This document shows, one piece after another, positions 35,911 through 50,300 of a stretch of 64,000 bases of DNA. Every line of letters begins with the position of its first letter. The stretch's first letter is position 1. The stretch comes from Camelus ferus (Eukaryota). The DNA is taken from contig NC_045696.1 in the NCBI RefSeq assembly GCF_009834535.1, positions 67,582,001-67,646,000 of the forward strand, read 5' to 3'. The notes under the pieces were generated by a model, which did not search any database, had not been told where the DNA came from, and was given only the letters and a program-made list of their open reading frames with translations. The position numbers and the translations under genes are program-made.

Positions 35911-36859
35911 ATAACCTAATAATCTACTGTGTCATTACTAGACATACTGATTCACGACAGAAGAAAGATCACAGAAAATCTAGGAGATAATTCTCCTACT
36001 GAGTTTCATCGTCTCTGCCATTTGTTCCATTATCAAAGGAACAGAAATTGAAAATAGACACAAAAAAAGCTATGCAACCCACAAACCTACTATCTTGAAG
36101 ATGTGTGTTCCACACTGATGAGCTGTTACTTAACTAGAACCAAGTGAAGAGGTGTAGAACAGCATCATATAATGAACTGATCCTCACTTGACCAACTGAT
36201 TTGTTACGAAATCTTGGGCAAATTAATCACTCCCTTTGTTTGGCCTTACAGTCCTCTAGTCAGTCCTCTAGAACCATCAAGAAGGACACAGCACATTCCA
36301 CAAAGGCAGTTTTGAGGAATAAACAAGGAAAGTGCCTAATACCGAAAGTCAGAAGGACCAGTTCTACAGAGAGATGTGACACAAACGAGCTGTGCCTTGA
36401 GGAAGTTACTGTTACTCTCTGGTTCTCAAGTTTGATTACATGAAAATTTCAGTAATTCTCAAACTTTTTTTTTTCTTTCCTTCACACCTGCACAATATGA
36501 CATACTCCATCAGCTAAATTTTCTCAGAGAAATAGCATTTTTTCAGTGGAGGTTGGACTAAGTCAGAATCACAACATACATACCAGGTGGGTGTGTGTGG
36601 GTGTGTAGGTATAATGATAAAGTTCCCTCAGGTGATTCTCAGTCTTCAAGTTGAGAACCAGGAAACTTCCTCCAGACCCCTCCAGCAAAAACAATCTATG
36701 ATTCTATTATTTTATGAATGAATGATACAAGTGGCCCAGAAAGGTCAGGAGTGTAAAATGCAGACTAACTGGAGAATATGGTAGCTAGTTAAGAAAAAAG
36801 TGTATCATTAAAAAGCCATTTGCTAAGCAAACGAGAACAGAAACTGGTTTATGAAAATT

Positions 36860-37045
36860 TAAGCTGTACTTCTGACTATCCTATTTGCGTGACCTGGCAC
36901 AAGGTACTCAACTGCCTGTGGACTGAATTTTTTCATCTGTAAAATCCAGATACAAATGCCTCCCTGCAGTGGGATTAAGTATAAGCAGCTGTGTAAGACA
37001 TTCAGCGCAGGGCTTGGAACACAGTCAGTACTTACTAGCTGGCTG
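36860..37045 (+). mobile_element. MIR SINE remnant
   Basis: gtgacctggcacaaggtactcaac...tttcatctgtaaaat...gtaagacattcagcgcagggcttggaacacagtcagtac. Confidence 0.65.
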
Positions 37046-38029
37046 TCAACAGTTACAAGGCCAGTCTGTGCATGATGTTCACAATCAGACGTATCTCTGT
37101 CTTGAAAGGGTAGGCTTCCACTTCTGGTTCAGAATCTCATATAACTCAGCTCTAGAATGAAATATCTAGAACTACTGTGAGTGAAATGAATATCAAAGTT
37201 ATCTTAATGTATTTTGTATTTACTCGGTGACCCAGAGGAACTGGTTAATATTTTAATATCTTAACTGGAAATTCTGGAAGATTTTATGTGTGGCCATCAC
37301 CAGAGACTGGCTTTGAGTTTACACCCAAACACACAAAGCCCAAAGAATCTATATCATGATATTCTAATACCCTTGGGTACCCACTACCCGGTAAACATTT
37401 TCTAAACCACTACCTGTGTGTCAGGCACAGCTGTAAGTAATTTACATTAATAATAACTTATTTAATCACTAGCATAAATACTATTCAAACCCAAGAAGCC
37501 AGATCCCAGATCCCAAGCTGAGGGCCCGTCTGGTACGGTGGATAATGGTAGGAGCCCTAAGTGAACTGCCAAGGAAACCTGAATTCTGAATTCTAGACCT
37601 ACTTGGGTGTCTTCAAATAAGCTGCTTTCTTTCCGGGTCTACGGTTTCTCTAAGCTAAGCGACTCGGATTGAATCTAAAGTTCTCTAGCATTAAAATATC
37701 AGAATTATTATCCTGTTTTAAATATTATCTCTCTCCTTTCTGTGACTTTCTAATTCATACTATCCAGTGTTTTGAATGACGAGGATTCGTGTCTGAGGGA
37801 GCCTCCACTTTTTTTTTCCTTAAGGTTTTTTTACTTTTTTAGCTGCTGTTTCCTTTTGTTTTTCCTGGCATGTGTTATGTTGGCAACACAAACCACTGTG
37901 TGTACATTCATGTGTTTGTAAATGTTTATGCTGCTATTGCTGTTTATTTCCTTTGTTTAGGAGAAATAATCATTTATAAAACACAAATGGAAAGGAAACA
38001 AAATTAGGTGGACCAGATTTCACCAGCGA

Positions 38030-39075
38030 TGGGGGCCTCCCAATTACATTTGTCCCATTACTTACTGTGTTGCTTCTACCCCCCACACCACTGTAGCATT
38101 CACCATCTCCCTTCTTCTGCTTAATTTTTCTCTATGGGATCTCTCACCAACTGACATACTGTGCATTTGACTTATTTATGCGCTGTCCTTCCTTACTAGA
38201 ACGCAAGCCCGTAACAGGCGCTTCACATCTGCTTTATCCCCTGCTTTTGCATCAATGCCCACAACAGTGCCAGCACACAGTGGGTGCTCGATAAGCACTG
38301 ACAGATAGAACTGCATTGCTTCCCAGTGAGGATCGCTGGGGGTTGAAGGCACGTCACTACTGAACTTCTCCTGTCTTCTCACCTCACTTAATGTCATTGC
38401 CCACCTAAGACAGAAGCCCAGGATTAAGCCTCCACTCATTCCTCTTACTCTCCCCTGTGTCGCCACAACATGACAGCCTTGGTACAGGCTTTTCATCATC
38501 CCCTTAGACTAATGCAAATAACCTTCAGTCTCCCAAATCCTTTCTGGTTCAACACCCACCTCCCCAGGAGCACCCAGCATGACCTCTAGCTGATGTCTAT
38601 CAGGTCAAGTGGTTCCTTTGTTTAAATCCTTCATAGATCCACAGGGCCTTCAGGACAGACTCCAGACTCTTAAGCAGGAACACTGATCATCCTTTTATTC
38701 TCATTTTCCCCTCCAATACCCTAGTCATACTGCATTTTTCCTAAGTCTCTGTTGGTCTCTCTGTACCTACTGAATTGTTTGTCTGAAATGCCCTTAAATT
38801 CATGGTTTACCTGGGAAATTACACCACATTCAGCCCCAACATCACCTATGTTGGAAAACCTTCCCCAGCTTTTCCATAGTAAGCCATTCTTTCTTTCTCC
38901 CTCCCCTAGTACTTTTTACTAACTCATACATTTATCATATTGTAATTCCGTTATTTTGAAAGCTCCTGTTTCAATTTTAGGGACTAATGTTTCATGGGCA
39001 TGCCTAGCTCAGTGCTTGGCACATAGCAGGCCTTCAATAACTGTTAAATAAAGAAACGAAGGAACAAACAAATAC
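38030..39075 (+). mobile_element. Two adjacent L2 LINE 3' remnants
   Basis: L2 3' termini at about 38195-38305 (ctagaacgcaagccc...acagtgccagcacacagtgggtgctcgataa) and about 39000-39075 (gcctagctcagtgcttggcacatagcaggccttcaataa). Confidence 0.7.
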
Positions 39076-39674
39076 CGTAAATGTCCTATCTAGAAATCAT
39101 TCTCACTTAAAGCATGTTTGTAGATAAATCAGAACCCAAATCCTTACAACAAGACAAAGTTCAGAATTTTCCTAGTCTTACGTAAACACACCTCGTGGCC
39201 TGTCTAGAATACCTCTTGACTTTGAACATAACGACAGTGCTGAGGCCATCCTTTCCACAGGGACCTTCTTACGTGATCTCCAAATGAACATCCACCTTGA
39301 GGCTAACGCACCAGTGAGAATCCTGCTACGACGGACAAATTATGAAAGGTAACCGGATGCACACACCTGGGTCGTATTTCCTTGGCCGGCCAGAGAAGAA
39401 GTGGAAGCAGCAGAACCCCCACACCACCTGAGACCAGAGGTGTAGCGCATGGGAGATTCCAGGGTAGTAAGATGTGGGGTCGACTGTTCCCAGGATTGCT
39501 TTAGAAGCACAAGAAAAGTTTTCTTTAGAATCAGGGTGTCACAGCAGCTGCCTGAAGACACCACACATCCAAAATTAGGAGTGGGAACTAAGTCGAAGAA
39601 TCAGTTAATCAGTGTCTGGCTTCCTGAACCACCTTAATGAAATAAAATGCCAAAATTCACAGATACGTTGACAC

Positions 39675-39740
39675 TCCTGCTGACGGCCTAAAATAGCATC
39701 CACTTCCGACTGAGTGAGCCAATCGCTAGCTCTCGCACTG
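39675..39740. promoter_or_regulatory. Candidate promoter-like element (CRE half-site, ETS, NF-Y CCAAT)
   Basis: TGACG at 39681-39685, CACTTCCG at 39701-39708, AGCCAATCG at 39717-39725, with retained CpGs in non-repeat DNA. Confidence 0.35.
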
Positions 39741-40359
39741 AACTCTTCTGCCTGATGATATGTCTGTAGGGTGACCTTATTTTGAAGATGAGTTCCTTTC
39801 CCCTTGCTCTCTCTCACTTCTGCTTTGGCAGTGAGGCTGAACTTGGCTTTTTTTAAGGCACACTAGATTAGAAGAAAGCTTCACTGGATTGGGATGAAGC
39901 ATTGGGAGAAGGGAGTTTCTAGATTTAGATCATGCTAAAATCACAAGAACCAGGTTTCAAGTTCAAGAAGAGAACAGAGGAGCAGAAATGTATATTTCAA
40001 ATGCAGTTAACAAAAATAGTTTTACCCTCAGCCCTCATCTTGTATCATGTGGAGTAAGTGGCCCACATGGACACTGTTATCCTTGTAATAGGGGATCTGA
40101 GACCACGTCCCTGCGGACATCTGGTATAGGGCAAACAGAATGATGGTGTGCGGGGATTTTTACCTGCTGCCTGGTCAATGGTGGGACCCTTCAATCAGAG
40201 GAAGTCAAATCACACCGAAAAAAAGTCCCCCGAGAGAAGCAGAGGGAGAAATAGAAGGGAATTTGGCAAGGAAGTCACAAGATGAGCGCAGGCTTCGTGC
40301 CCAGTCTTCAGCCAGGCCTGGTTAGCTGACCTACTGCACCCTATAGTTGTAGACAAAGG

Positions 40360-40560
40360 ACACATAGTGGTTAGGAGGCAGGCTCTGGGTTCAAAGAACA
40401 ACTCCAATAATTACTAGACCCTGGGCAAATGATTTAACTTTTTGGTTCAGTTTTCTCATCTGTAAAAGAACAGTACCTACATTTCACAGGGGTATAGTCA
40501 AGAAATATGTGTAATGCATGTAAAACTTGTAGTATATAGCAAGTGTTCAGTTTATGCTAA
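40360..40560 (+). mobile_element. MIR SINE
   Basis: catagtggttaggaggcaggctctgg...gaccctgggcaaatgatttaact...cagttttctcatctgtaaaa...gtacctac. Confidence 0.75.
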
Positions 40561-43500
40561 ACAGATCCATTAGCGAGAATGTTTAGAATCAAGTCAGACT
40601 GGAGAAACTCTACTGCAAGCAAAGGTCTTGATGGAATGGCCTAGAGAGATTTAAGAACTCATCTCGCTCTATCTCCTTGTGCTGTTCTTCGGGGAAGAGC
40701 AAGATAAGGAAGATGCAGTCGTCCTTCACAATGATCTTAAGTAAAGTAGAAGGTATAAACAGATATACATATATTATGGATATCACATAGTATATATAAC
40801 ATGTATACATATGTGTGTATGGATATACAGAGGAGAAATAAAGGCCATAAAATTATGACTAAAATGCAACAGTAACAAAAGTCAAAAATAAATTAACTGA
40901 CTTAGGAATTGGAGACTACATCCTAGAGTAGATTACAGTACTTCTCTGTCTGTACAAAACCCTTTTTAAAACAAGCTACATTTGCAAGGAAGGTAGATTA
41001 TACATCTGGATCCTGGACTCTAGCAGGACAAAGCCTTCATTTTTTTTTTAATCATTCACAACAATAACTCAAGTAAGTTAAATTCAAGGAATCAGCAGTT
41101 CTACCCTGGCCAGGTTCCCCCTGCTCCCTACTGAACTGACAAAAGGAAGCTGGGATCAGATGTGGTTCAAGCTTGTCCTGTCTCTGACTGGCCTCTAATT
41201 GTTCAATAGCAATCACAGGTACATTTCTGAATGGTCTGGACAACAACTGCTGAAGGGTCCCAAACTCTCCTGACTGGAATGCTTTAACCAAGGCAGGGAA
41301 AAAAAAAAAATCAGACTATAGACAAAGAAAAAAATCGATTATGTTTTCTACTATCTGCAGTTCTTTGCCTAGTAGTAATGCACTCTTTGTTCTGCTAAAA
41401 AACATTCTATGTTGATTATGCTGATACTGACAGTAAAGCTGTGTGGTGGTTGGCTTTATACTTTTTTCTCCTCACATCTCAGATGAGAAAGTGGGTTATG
41501 ATTCATCCTGCATAACCTGAGTCAAAATTCATATTTTGTCTCTTTTCAATTAGCTTTTCTGCATTCCACATTAAAAAGCAAGAGTAGTTTGCTCAGCAAA
41601 TGAGAACACTGTGGTATGTCTGTGTGTGTTGCTTTCTCACACACAATGACTGAAAAACATTTTTTGTAATGATATTACAATAACAAGAGAACATCATTAA
41701 AAAAACACGAAGTGTTAATTCAAATAGAGACAAACATTGACATTAAAAATTCAGAAGGGCTGATTATTACACACTAATCATAAGTGGCATAAATCAAGCT
41801 AGATGCTGCATCAGGAAGCAAGACTAGCATCTCTTAAATTTTTGATTTGTTGTGGTTGAGAATGCACTTTCACATTTATTGATTTAACTTGATCCACACA
41901 ATAATTTTATAAAATAGATAGGGATAATATCTTTTTAATAAGTGAAATAACTGAAACTCAAAAAGGTTAAGAGGTTATATAAAGTTGCTTAGAGTATATG
42001 TAATTTAATCCAGAAAACCTACGTTAAGAATTTGGTTCCTTCTCTGATTAATCTGTCCTTGGATAAACTGATTTCTCTGGCAAAATGATAACTCTAATCT
42101 TAAAACTGCTAAAAGAATGTGTTTAAAATAATGCATAAAATGTTCTAAAGCATATTGTAAATGTCAAATGTCACCAGTATCACACAGAGAAGATACAGGA
42201 CTTATACATGGATTTCTTGGCTCCAAGTCCAGTGCCAGTTTCACTATGCCATGTAACAAAAGACAAATTATTTATTTTTATGAAGGTACTATATGATACA
42301 CACTTTAGACCACTGTCACATTGATGGTTACCAATATTAATATTATTTATGTATGCAAAGTATCATTAGCAAACACATGTTAAACCAGGAAAATCCTTCA
42401 ACAGTGATGCCAGAATAGCCAACTCAGTACACAGTGTTCCTTACGTTTTACAATCATATTTTATTTTTATTAACCGACACTTAAAGCCACTTTAAATGAT
42501 GTGAAATTTCTCATAAACCATAGGAAATGAGGAACAGTACTAAGCAGAGTATACAATGGTCTGGGAAATACAATTCTTCAGTTTCTTTTTCAACTCTCTT
42601 GAAGCAAGCAATGTTGTAATTTTACATAGGGCAGCCTTTTTTCCTATTCACTTATGTTTTAATGGTGTATAGAGGACAATATTTGAAAAGTGTTGGAGGT
42701 AAATATGTTAAAAGACCAAAGAATCCTAATATATGAAGTCTAATCTCCTAATAAGAGAGATGAGGCCTCTGGAAAAGGGGCTGACCCAAGATGTCACAGC
42801 GAATCAGTGGGACAGTGGCTGGCCCAGAGTCTGGTCGCTGCTAGATGCCTGACTCTGCATACCATCGCTCTGCCTCTCATGGTAACATGATGCTGAGTGT
42901 GGAAAACATTGTTTTTTGATAAAACTTCATGGGAAACCTCGTGGACATCGTTTCACTGTAATAGTCCATCAGTTTGTCTTGGTGTTGAATTACATTCACA
43001 TTGCTCAATATTTTGAACAATAGAGGGTTCATGAACAAACATTTTCAATTTAATTATGGTATCCAGTTTTATGTCTGTCAGGGGAAAAAAGCAATATAAG
43101 TCTTTTAATCTGTAAAATCAAATTATGGTATTATTGACATGGATGAAGGTAAAATAGGTTAAAAATTAATTGATTTGACCGAAAATGTTAAGCAAATAAT
43201 AGTACAGATAGTTTACATATATGGTGAAATATGACTTGGCCTCCAGTGACCAAAGAATGGAAGGCTCTGAAGTTAGAAGATTTATAATTGGCTTTCTAAC
43301 TTTGCCATGATCCTAGTGCTGAATGGTGTGTGTGTGTGAGGAGATGGGGGAGAGAGAGAAGAAGAGAGAGAAAGAGAGAGATACAGTGACACAGTAGAGG
43401 TTAATAACTATTTTCTGTTACCTCCTGCCTACTGCATGATCTTAGCCTCCTTCAATAATTCACTCCAGCACGGTGTTTTTGTTATTTCTTGTTGAATTAT

Positions 43501-46500
43501 AACAAATGATGCTCATTTCCAGGTAGGAGTGGAGCCAGGTCCAGGACTCACATAAATTGAAGTTTTGGTAGTCAGAGAACCAAATGGGAACTGAGATCAG
43601 AACTGTGCAGTGCTGTAATGAATTTGGGAGAATGTAATGTAACATGACTGACATCAGAGTCAGAGTCAGAAAGAGAACCAGGATAAGGTCATTAATTTGG
43701 ACCTGCTTCTGGGATTTCCCAGATTGTGGGCTTTGGACATTTTCTGCTTTTTCTTTTAAAGCACTCAACTGCTTTTGCTGAGAACTCTATCTACAAACAG
43801 TGTATTCCCCAGCAACAAGTGTCTCTTATATGGCCTCTTTTGGCATTTTATCTGGCACAGGTCAGCTGGCAGTAGTGGCAAAGGCCCCTGAACCTGGATG
43901 AAAAAGAATGTATTTTCCACTGCCAGTTGTGAAATCTGTTTTCCATCAAAGTCCCTGGTGCTAGAGAACTGAATAAATACTTTCTCTTTTTGGCCATTAT
44001 GTTACCTTATTTCTTTTATCTCCCATAGCACACACTTCAATGACTGGTGTATAGCAGGCACTCAATAAATATTTGTAGATGAGTGAATCGTTCAATTAAA
44101 AGAACAACAGATGTCTACCAAGTAGAATTCTGCAGATGTTCAAACAATGGCTTTGCTGACAGTCAATTAATTATGCCTTCTGACAATTCTAATGTCACTT
44201 CAAAGTCTGGAAGGAGATGATTATCTGTATGTTTTAGAGAAAGTTGTGGGGAAAGTTCAGGTTGGGGGAAAGAAGGGTGGTTTGGAGGGGAAAGGGAATT
44301 GAGTTCACAGTTATCTGTATTTGTGTATTTAAGATCAGAAAATGCATAATTAGCGCTTAGGTTCAGATCTCAGCTATACCACGTCTCAATACACAACCAC
44401 AATCAACCTACGACTTGAAACTCTCTTTTGCCATACACAATGTGTGCCCCACCAGCTCTTCCTCTCCCAGGATATGAAGCTTGTTTCCACAGTTATAAGG
44501 CAAAGAATGTTTGATTATAAAGTTAAAAAAAATCTCTTTTCTACTTTTCATTCTTTGATAAAGAGAATGGTGATGCCAATGCAACTGAATGAGTGGGTAT
44601 CTCCTGTATGTATGAAGACAGTATGAAACACAAATCCTGGATGTCGCTTCCCAGCCTTGAAGGGGCCTCATATAAGAGAATGACCTTTCACAACTAGTTG
44701 CTATGGTAAACACATGTAAACATGGGGAAAGTATGTTTTTCTCAATGTGATGCCCTGCCCATCTGACCCAATTAGATTAGAAGAAAACTGAGAAGGTTAA
44801 GAGATTGTCTTGGGAACCAAAGACCACAAAGGAAACCCTGTAGCGGGAAAAATGTGATCTAGAACTTAAAAAAGAAAATCCGGACTGTGTAACCTATCCA
44901 CAGACCAACTTCAATCTTTAATCTTCACAGAAAATACATGCAAAAGAGCTCAAGTTCAAGGGTATCAATTTAATTGTGACTGAAGTTCAACGAATGTAGC
45001 AACCATGTGTTACTGTACTTTAGCCACTCTCTAGTGCCTTTAAGTGATTTCAGAAAGGAATGAGAAAGTCTGAGTTACAATCCATGGCTCTGTCACTAAG
45101 TAGTTTGTGAACCTAGAAAACTCCCTTATTTTCACAATCCCTAAAAATGAGAGGATTTTCCTAGATAGTCTCTAAATTCCTTCTAGCTCTAATATTTTAT
45201 GATTCCATAAGGTGTTAAATAAATATCTGCTAAGTACATGAAGTGTTTTCCCTCTGTAGTTTACTATATACCATGTGCTGCCACAGTGGATATGGAATGC
45301 CTGCTCACAATTCTTATTCACAGGTTAATTAATGAAATAGTAAATATCTTCTATATGCCAGGCATTGTTCTAGGACCAAAGATGGGGACATGGCGGTGTA
45401 CGAAACAAAAACTGCCTTCCATCAGACTTACATTCTAGTGAGGCAGACCATCAATACTGCAAGTAAGTAATTTGATGAGTGTGAGAAAATAAAAAGGTAA
45501 TGACAATCTCTTCTGTTCATTTATATTTGAAAATCAAGGAGATTGCGATAGGACTGTTACAAGTACATAGGTCATTATAAGATGTTCATTTCATTTTTAT
45601 CATTTTAAGGGCAATGTGTTCTGAACCCAAGTTTGAATAAGGTGTAAAGTAACCAGGTCTGAAATAGCAGGCCCAACCTACTTCCTCACCTTTGTGAACA
45701 GCCCTGACAATCCTCTTCCTGCTAACAACTCATTTCTATTCTTTGTTCAGAAAGGAAATTTTGGCCATAGGGTTCAAAACACTCTTCAGCTGTATGACTT
45801 TGAACAAGTCATTTGGGCTTTAGTTTTCTGGAAAATGAAAGGTTGTCCTAGATAGTTTCTAAGATTAAATTATTTTTTATGATACTATAAGCCGAGGTTT
45901 CCAAATCAATGCTTAAAAACACACTATGTAGCCAAATTAATTAAAAATTAATGTGTACTAAGATAGAACACACAAGATGCTTAGGATGATAATTTATTTA
46001 GTGCTGTAATCATATATTGCCTGGGGCAAACATTTTACCAGAAATCACTACCACAAAAGGAAATATATCTAACACGTCTCATTAACTAGAAAACATTCTA
46101 TTCCCACGACCCATAGATACCTTAAACAAAAAGCTGGAGAGAAGCAAAACCAAGAAATCCATTTTTTTTCCAAATCAATACCACCTTTTCTCTACACCAC
46201 TTATTTTCTACTTATTCTTCCATTGTGGTTTTGGGGTTTTTAATTAATTAGGTCATTTTTCTGTGAAAATAAAATCCTTAAGGCCTTAGATTCTATCTGT
46301 ACTAAAGGCAGCTCCCAATTGGAATCACTTCTTAGTCTGTAATTGACAGGAGGACTTCGGAAAACATTTTCTTGACACAAAATAATAAAAACCATGAAAT
46401 GCAAATAACTTAGCATCTGCCAGTTGAGACCCTCTAAAAACTTTTCAAAGTGTTCATATTGTTCCTTGTACCGATGAAGAAGCTAAAACATAGACTATGT

Positions 46501-46539
46501 TCACTGATTTATCTCATAGTCTATGACCAATCCAGTAAT

Positions 46540-46830
46540 ATGGTGCTCAGAGAGTGTGATGGGCTGGAAGGAGAACAGAGTCTGGAGCCAGTAGGCCTGG
46601 GCCCCTGTGCACTTCCACTGCTTATGGGATCTACGACTAGTAGGGGTGGTAGAGGGCTCTGAGGAGTGGTGAGCCCCTTAATCATTCAGGTCCTCTGTTT
46701 CCTCATATGCCAAATGGAAATAAACCTACTGTCTGCTTTGCAGGGCTGCTGTCTAGCTTAAATGATGTAACAGGTATAAAAGTGCTTTGCAAAGCATTAT
46801 ATAAATGTCTATAATCTTGTAATAATAATG
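46540..46830 (+). mobile_element. MIR SINE
   Basis: gagtctggagccagtaggcctggg...cctctgtttcctcatatgccaaatggaaataa...cagggctgctg...ttaaatgatgtaacaggtataaaagtgcttt. Confidence 0.65.
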
Positions 46831-49719
46831 ATAAGCTGAGCTTAGCACTAGAAATTAGATGCAAAAGCCTGATACCCAGGCAAGTTTTGATGCTTAAGAT
46901 ATTGAGTAGCAGAGTTGGACAGCACTTTCAAAATCTAATCTCATAGCCCATCAGATGCTTGAAAATCTATTATCACTTCCCCAACAAGGAAGGGGTTGTT
47001 GGGTTTTGGCCTAGACTCTTCCAAGAAATTTCTTCTGTCTGTTAAAAAAGCTAGTTCATTATACCAAATGAAAATTTGCCAGCTTTCCCTCACTTGCCTT
47101 TGTTGCCAAGTTTGGAATAATACAAATCAAGTTTAATTCTTTTCGACATGGTAGTTCACCAGTAGCATTCAGGGCTCCAGGTTTTCTTTCCTCCACACCT
47201 TCAACTGTACCTTAAATAGTGGTTTCCAGTTTTCTAAGCATCTTAGTCCAAGTCCTGCAGAAATGCTCACTTATCCTTTGGTCTTACTAGTATAGAAGAG
47301 AAATAGATTATCTTCCCCATTGTTTGGTGAATTCTGCCTTTACTCAGGAACATTCACTGGACCTCCATTTTGTTCTCAATCAAGAATATACATACTACCA
47401 AGTATGGTGATGTGGTTTTATTAGTAAAGTAATCACAGCACATGCCCATCCATGCCTTTCTTCTCTTAAGGCTTAACACACGCCAAGTGCTCGCTGCCTC
47501 TTATCTTTCTATTTTCCCTAGAACAAACTTCTGGCTTTGTGCAAAGATTCTCAATATGCCTCACTAACAATACTCAAGAGATAAATCAAAAAAAATTTTT
47601 TTTAGATAAATACCAAGTTCTGTGAAGATAATTTACCTAGTGCTGTTCTAAAGACACAGGGATTCTTCAAATAGCTCACTAAACAATTTTAAGACTCACA
47701 CACTTCATTTTTTTTTTAAGAACGAATAAGACAACACCATGTAAACATTGCCAAGATAATTACAGCTTCATGCTTAAAAATAAGCTGGTAGATATTTTCA
47801 GTCCACCCTCATATATATTACATTATTCATTTCTAGAGATGCTGTATTCCAAGACTGTTGTCTTCTGCCTTAGGGTCTCACAGCCAGAACACCATTATTT
47901 TGGAGAGAACCACACCACGGTCACAGACTTAGACATGTGGAACCACTCACCTACAGAAGCATGCTCTCTCTTTCAAAATGAATGAAAGCACAAGACTTGG
48001 AGGCTCTGGGTATACCAAGCAACACGGAGAACCCCTGGATAAATTCAGAGATGGCTCAAGGATATCTAGAGACAAACTCAACTTTTGTTTTTTTATTTCC
48101 CTCACAAAACTATTTGAAAAATATAAGCCCCAGTGCTGGCCATTAGCCCTGTCAGCTCCCCAGTTTTCTACAGTGACAAATTTCTTCTCCATTAATTTTA
48201 ACAGACTAATTTAAAATTTCTACCTCTCCAATCTTAGGTTCTAAACTTTGCCATAAATTATAATAATTTATAGTTCATCATCCCTTGTTCTTTCTATGTA
48301 TCTGTCTCTGGAATGGGGAGTCTCCTCTAGGATAAACATAGTTTTCTAGTTGCCCAGGGAAACAGGTTGCTCCAAGATGCTAGCACTTGAACCAAGGCAT
48401 TTGTTACAAATGATTTGGGCTGAAGATCTGCTGCCTGATTAACTGAATTAGGTGAGAATTTCTCCTATCTTCAACTGTCTTCTATATTTCCTCTCTCTCC
48501 CCTGCAGCATAGTTGAGGCCCATTCAAGTACACCGTTGCCAACAGAAAGATACTTGGGAATCTGCTATAGCCAAAATTTAAGTCTAAGTAGATGGAAAAC
48601 GTTCACAGAAGAGAGGCTATCTTCCTTTCAAAATCTGGACTTACCATACTGCTCTATTATGATTCATCCTTTGTAAATTTACCATTTGCCTAATATTGCA
48701 ATGCAACAGTTATAATTTTTGATGAAAGATGGAAAAGGAAGGACCTGGAAACACTAAAACTAGCAACTTTTCAGAAGAAATCATTAAAAAAAAAAAGTCA
48801 GCTGAGACTCAGTTGAAGGTTCCAGTTTGTAATATTTTACCAGGAGATGACTTGAGAAAACAAGATGAACTGTAGCTGTAGTGACCTGCCTTCGCTCAAG
48901 GTCAACAGAAGGGTCACAGCCAGCTAACACGGTTGTTAGAGAGGTATTAGGTGTGCCGTCTCCCTACAGTACGCATCTGAGCCATGGCAAAAGGCCTATG
49001 CTTAGTGTCACATCAGTTAATTCAGGAGTTAAAGACAGTTAAACTACGTTGCCGGTGATGTTGAAGTCCAGGCTCCCAAACCTAAGGCCCTGGGAACAGG
49101 TGGTCTCTTACCTGAAGGCCATAACTTCAGAAGGAAAAGGATGACATGAGGCAGGAACAGCCAACCCTAGAAACAGCATATGCCTTTCTGTAATGGTAAT
49201 GAATCAAAATGGACTTGAAATCAGAAGAATAAGTCCAACCCCTGAAACTTACTAGTTATGTGACCTTGAACAACTGAGCCTCTCGGAATCTCCGTTTCCT
49301 CAACTGAAAAATGAAGACATCGTTGCCAGACCCATCAGTCAGACCACAGCTGTGAGTAAACTTTTTAAACTTGTAGAGCTTTAGGTAAATACCAGCTTCT
49401 GTCATCACCACCGCAATGGTTATCATTGCACCAACAACAGAAAGTGTATGTGTCCAGTAGAAAACAAGGGACCAGATACATGAGAAAGGAAAAATTTAAA
49501 GGTCCACTGTAGACATCAAAACAGGAAGACACAGGAATGACTCTCTACTCCTCCCATCCAAGAAGGGAGTCTTAAGATAATTCATTTGTGGCAGGATTCA
49601 GTACTTTGGGGGGAAGAAGGATATCCTGTGTAGCCGTGCAGTTATAGCATCTCTCGCTGTTCTGATCTGAAGCGATTCCGCCCTCCCCACAATATCTCTA
49701 CATCCATCTCTCATCTATC

Positions 49720-50300
49720 GCTTTCCCTTTCCTGTTTCAAAGTAAGTTGCTGACATAACGACACTTCACCCTAAATACTTCAACATTTTGTTTTTCAAAA
49801 CAAGGATACTGTCCCATATAACCACAGTGCCATTAGCATACCCATAAAATTAACATTGATGTATTATCTAATATTTCGTTCACATTTAAATTTCTCTAAC
49901 CTTGCCCTAAATTCTTTAGTCTTTTTGATCCAATCAAGATGCATGCCTTGCATTTGAATGGCATGTCATTTTTATCTCCTTTAATCTTGAATAGTCTTAT
50001 CTAGCATTGACATTTCTGAAGAATTCAGGACAGATGTCTTGAAGAATGGCACCTCATCTGGATTTGTCTACTTCCTCTTGATTGGATTCAGGTTAAATAT
50101 TTCAGTGAGACTATCACATAGGTGATGCTGTGTACTTCCTACTGCATCACTTCAGCTGGCACATGTCAGTTCGTCCCATTATTGGTGATGCTAAGCTTCA
50201 TCACTTGGATTAAGAAAATTTCCACCAGACTCTCTCTTTGTGACGGTGACTTTACACTTTTGTACTTGAGTCACCTGTGATGTGATTTTTTGATACCCTC
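49720..50300 (-). mobile_element. Ancient L1 (L1MC4/5-like) 3' UTR
   Basis: aagtaagttgctgacataacgacacttcaccctaaatacttcaaca...catataaccacagtgccatta...gatccaatcaagatgcatgccttgcatttg...ggattcaggttaaatattt...cccattattggtgatgctaag. Confidence 0.75.
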
